A DNA stretch of 64,000 nt from Candidatus Helarchaeota archaeon (GTDB taxonomy: Archaea > Asgardarchaeota > Lokiarchaeia > Helarchaeales > RDOG01), in contig JAHPZH010000002.1 in the NCBI GenBank assembly GCA_019058315.1, forward strand, positions 1,133,910 to 1,197,909. Reading direction: 5' to 3'. Under the pieces are notes generated by a model. It saw only the letters and a program-made list of their open reading frames with translations, was not told where the DNA came from and searched no databases. How positions within the stretch are numbered: position 1 is the stretch's first letter; each line of letters starts with the position of its first letter. Shown piece after piece: positions 60,837 through 64,000 of this stretch. A program made the position numbers and the translations under genes.

Positions 60837-62483
60837 ATGACTACTATTAAGATTAATGACGAGTGGCTCCTCTATGCGTTAAAGAATGAAGTTGGAAAAA
60901 CTTTAACAAAGAAAAAACTTGCTGATATCACATATTTAGATTGGAGCGAATATAGAGATGAAGCTGGGGAAACTTGGGAACCAATAGGTGACATTCAAGG
61001 GCTTGAATATTGTATTAATCTAGAGGTCTTATCATTTGACGGCAATTCAGTTACAGATCTTTCACCTTTAAGTGGTTTAAAAAAACTAAAAGAAATTTGG
61101 CTTGTGGGTAATTCCGTAGAAGATGTGAGTCCAATTAGCAAATTACCAAACCTTGAAAAGCTCGTTCTAGATCTAAATTCCAGCCTTAAAGATATAAGTC
61201 CACTATCAAGTCTCCCATCTATTAAATATATCAATATAAGTAGTACGAGTGTAAGAGATATTACCCCCCTACAAAATTTAAACACTCTTGAAGAATTAAG
61301 TTTATATATTGACAATTTAGACTTATCTCCAGGAAGTAAAAATCGCGAAGTTTTAATTAACCTTATAAATAAGGGAGTTAAGGTAAATAATAGAAAAATC
61401 GAAGAACTTACCAAAGAAGCAGCATCAAAAATCAAGTTAAAAAAATCAGCTTCCTTTGAAGATAAGCTAAGAGCTCAAGGGGCTTTTAACATTACTAAAA
61501 TAATTGTTAATAAAGGAATAAACGGAATTGATGGAGAAAGAGGTAATACTCCATTACATATGGCTTTAGAAAATTATTTTATCCTGAAAGAAAATCTAAT
61601 AGATCAAACCGCTGTTGTTCAATTACTTATAGAAAATAAAGCTGATTTGAATAGTAAGAATAAAAATGGACACACACCTCTAAGCTATTATTTAAATAAT
61701 AACAAGGATGCTGAATTAAAAATAGTGAAAATCCTAATAGATAATGGAGCAGATGTCAATTTATCTTATGGTTATACAAATCCTCCTATTTATTATGCAA
61801 TAAAGGAAAATAGGACTGATATCATAAATTTACTTATAGAATCTGGAGCATCAGTTAATGAACCTATAATTTTCAATGCTCTTTGTCAACATGGATATAT
61901 AGATATTGTTGAAAGGCTCTTAAAAGATGGGTATAAGACCAATCAAAAAGAAAAAAATTTTGGAAGAACACCACTTTTTTCTGGAGTTGAGGGAAATCAG
62001 ATTGAAGTAATACAAATTCTCCTAAATTATGATGCTGACGTGAATTTTAAAGATGAACTTGGAGCCACACCCTTACTTGTTGCTAATAACAAAGAAGTTC
62101 TTAAAATATTGCTTGAGAATGGTGCCGATATAGATGCAGTTGATGAATATGGTCAAAATGCTTTATTTGGTTTGTTAATAGGAGAAAGGTATGAATGTAT
62201 TAAGTATCTACTAGAAAAAGGGATTCAAGTAAATATTAAAGATAAATATGGAAATACTCCTTTACATAGAATTCATTATGACTCATATAACCCTCAAGAG
62301 TCTTTAGATATAATAAACCTCCTTGTGAAATATGGTGCTGATGTAAATGCCCGTAATAATGAAAACAAAACACCTTTAGATTTGTTGCAAAATCCAAGTA
62401 TGATAAAAAGACTAAATTTCTTAATGAAAAAGAAGAAAAAGCAGAAAAAGAAACAGAAAAAAACAAAAAAGAAAAAAAAGTAG
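60837..62483 (+). CDS. internalin-like LRR + ankyrin repeat protein with poly-Lys tail
   Basis: N-cap, LE.L....N.V.DLSPLS.L repeats, GNTPLH / GADVN ankyrin repeats, terminal KKKKKQKKKQKKTKKKKK. Confidence 0.9.
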   Translation: MTTIKINDEWLLYALKNEVGKTLTKKKLADITYLDWSEYRDEAGETWEPIGDIQGLEYCINLEVLSFDGNSVTDLSPLSGLKKLKEIWLVGNSVEDVSPISKLPNLEKLVLDLNSSLKDISPLSSLPSIKYINISSTSVRDITPLQNLNTLEELSLYIDNLDLSPGSKNREVLINLINKGVKVNNRKIEELTKEAASKIKLKKSASFEDKLRAQGAFNITKIIVNKGINGIDGERGNTPLHMALENYFILKENLIDQTAVVQLLIENKADLNSKNKNGHTPLSYYLNNNKDAELKIVKILIDNGADVNLSYGYTNPPIYYAIKENRTDIINLLIESGASVNEPIIFNALCQHGYIDIVERLLKDGYKTNQKEKNFGRTPLFSGVEGNQIEVIQILLNYDADVNFKDELGATPLLVANNKEVLKILLENGADIDAVDEYGQNALFGLLIGERYECIKYLLEKGIQVNIKDKYGNTPLHRIHYDSYNPQESLDIINLLVKYGADVNARNNENKTPLDLLQNPSMIKRLNFLMKKKKKQKKKQKKTKKKKK

Positions 62484-62522
62484 TGAATTTCTCAATAACA
62501 CATTCAATTTATTTGAATGTAA

Positions 62523-64000
62523 TTATTTAATAAGATTAATGAAATCTTTATCATCCTTAATAAATTCGAATGCTTCTTCTTCCTTAGCTTTGTTTTTAAA
62601 TTCTGAATCTATTTGGATAGCTATTTTAAGAGCCTCTAATGCTTTATCTTCATTTTTTAACAAAGCATAGGTATATGCCATTTTAAACCATCTTCCAGCA
62701 CCTTTAGTATGATCTTTTAAAATTTCATTATGGATTTCAATGGCTTTATTCAAATATTGTTTTGATTCTTCATTTCTTCCAAGTAACGTAAGCATGTGTC
62801 CTGCATCACACCAAATATCAGGATCTAATGCTATATCAGTCTCATACTTTAAAACTTTGGCATAAAATTTAAAAGCTTCCTCATATTTACCTTCTTTTTC
62901 GTAGTCAAAAGCCTTATTTGCCCATTTCTCGCATACCCTTTCAAGATATACCTCTTCAATTTCCTTTCTTACACTTTTAAACCCATCTTCAGAATAAAAT
63001 TTCCAATTTCTCTCTTTGATTAATTTTTCTTTTTCCTCACTATTCATTAATGTTATAAAGCCGCCCCACTCAACCATGTCATACGGATCATATAAGTCAA
63101 AAAAATAACCTGAGTCTTGAATAATTTTGTTAATTTGATTGATAAATGAATAATCAAAATAATCTCCAAAATAATCTTGAGAAATTGTATGAATTTTTCC
63201 TTTGTATTTAAATGAAACTTCGATTGGTCCTTCCTTACTAAGCCATATCTCTTTAATATTTTCAAATTTCACGATATTTCGACCAATAGGATTGAGATCT
63301 TGAACAAACTCCTTGTACCGCTTAGCTTTTTCAAAAACTGCATAATCCAAATTCGCATCTCCCATCATTGGACAATTATAAACCCGATCTTTATCTAGAA
63401 ATAGTAAAGGTAAATCAGCTTCATTTCTATTTGGTGAAAACATCCAAGGAGAATCCTCCATGAGTTTGTAAATTTTATTAATAAAATCTTTCTTGGAGAA
63501 ATGTTTGTATTTCTCAAAAAATCCCATCCCTCTGAAAAAATCTACAGCTTTAGATAACCATTCACCAATTGGATCTCCTTTTTGTTTTGCGGCTAATTCG
63601 CCCATGAAAATCTGAGTTCCAATATCAAATGCATTTTCTGCTGGAATATATCCATTTTCATTTTTAATATATAAATCAGCTCCATTTTGAACCAAAAACT
63701 CAATTGTTTTAAAATGTTCATCTGGTTTCTCTTTACGTTGTAAAGTCCCTGCTGCATGATGAAGAGGTGTTGATTTATAATCATCTTGAGCATTAATTAA
63801 AGCACCCGCTTCAATCAGGATCTTAATTACTTCAAGATTTAAATTTAAGGCTGCTAAATGCAAAGGAGTACTTTTATAATCAGTGAGGGCATTAACATCA
63901 AATCCTGATTTTAATAAATATCTCACAAGCCATTCTGATCCGCCAATACATGCAATATGAAGTGCATTTCTTCCATCTGGTTTTTGATTTATATCTACTC
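62523..64000 (-). CDS. ankyrin repeat + unknown domain + TPR protein (5' end outside the window)
   Basis: STPLHLAA / STPLHHAA; C-terminal TPRs; the frame stays open to the window edge (VDINQKPDGRNALHIAC). Confidence 0.88.
   Translation of the reverse strand, partial: VDINQKPDGRNALHIACIGGSEWLVRYLLKSGFDVNALTDYKSTPLHLAALNLNLEVIKILIEAGALINAQDDYKSTPLHHAAGTLQRKEKPDEHFKTIEFLVQNGADLYIKNENGYIPAENAFDIGTQIFMGELAAKQKGDPIGEWLSKAVDFFRGMGFFEKYKHFSKKDFINKIYKLMEDSPWMFSPNRNEADLPLLFLDKDRVYNCPMMGDANLDYAVFEKAKRYKEFVQDLNPIGRNIVKFENIKEIWLSKEGPIEVSFKYKGKIHTISQDYFGDYFDYSFINQINKIIQDSGYFFDLYDPYDMVEWGGFITLMNSEEKEKLIKERNWKFYSEDGFKSVRKEIEEVYLERVCEKWANKAFDYEKEGKYEEAFKFYAKVLKYETDIALDPDIWCDAGHMLTLLGRNEESKQYLNKAIEIHNEILKDHTKGAGRWFKMAYTYALLKNEDKALEALKIAIQIDSEFKNKAKEEEAFEFIKDDKDFINLIK

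Overview
AT-rich (about 30% GC by eye), gene-dense archaeal DNA that looks like an Asgard archaeon (Loki/Helarchaeota-like; inferred from GGTGA/GGAGG ribosome-binding sites, Hdr/Mvh genes, a DENN/longin protein, stand-alone 7TM proteins, LRR/ankyrin/TPR proteins and Asgard-type surface repeat proteins). About 55 CDS; I found no rRNA, tRNA, CRISPR array or transposase. Content: two heterodisulfide-reductase loci (mvhG-hdrC-hdrB; hdrB-hdrC-hdrA-hdrA-mvhD), acyl-CoA/beta-oxidation genes, an FAD/Fe-S oxidoreductase triplet, carbohydrate genes (GPH transporters, membrane-anchored GH63-like, GH4) and three cell-surface repeat proteins. Highlights: (1) a 12-kb locus built entirely of paralogues (2 MFS transporters, 2 unannotated 43-aa membrane microproteins, 3 unclassified ~600-aa glycoside-hydrolase-like proteins with a CxCxxC motif, 2 stand-alone 7TM proteins), a candidate undescribed glycan sensing/uptake/hydrolysis system; (2) at least four genes whose conserved N-termini are best explained by non-canonical start codons (ATC, ATT, CTG, ATA); (3) two HdrA paralogues with complementary losses, suggesting an asymmetric heterodimer; (4) an MvhG with a duplicated Fe-S motif and no adjacent large subunit; (5) a tripartite DENN protein next to a multi-TM protein. 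All functional calls come from motif recognition by eye; no database search was run.
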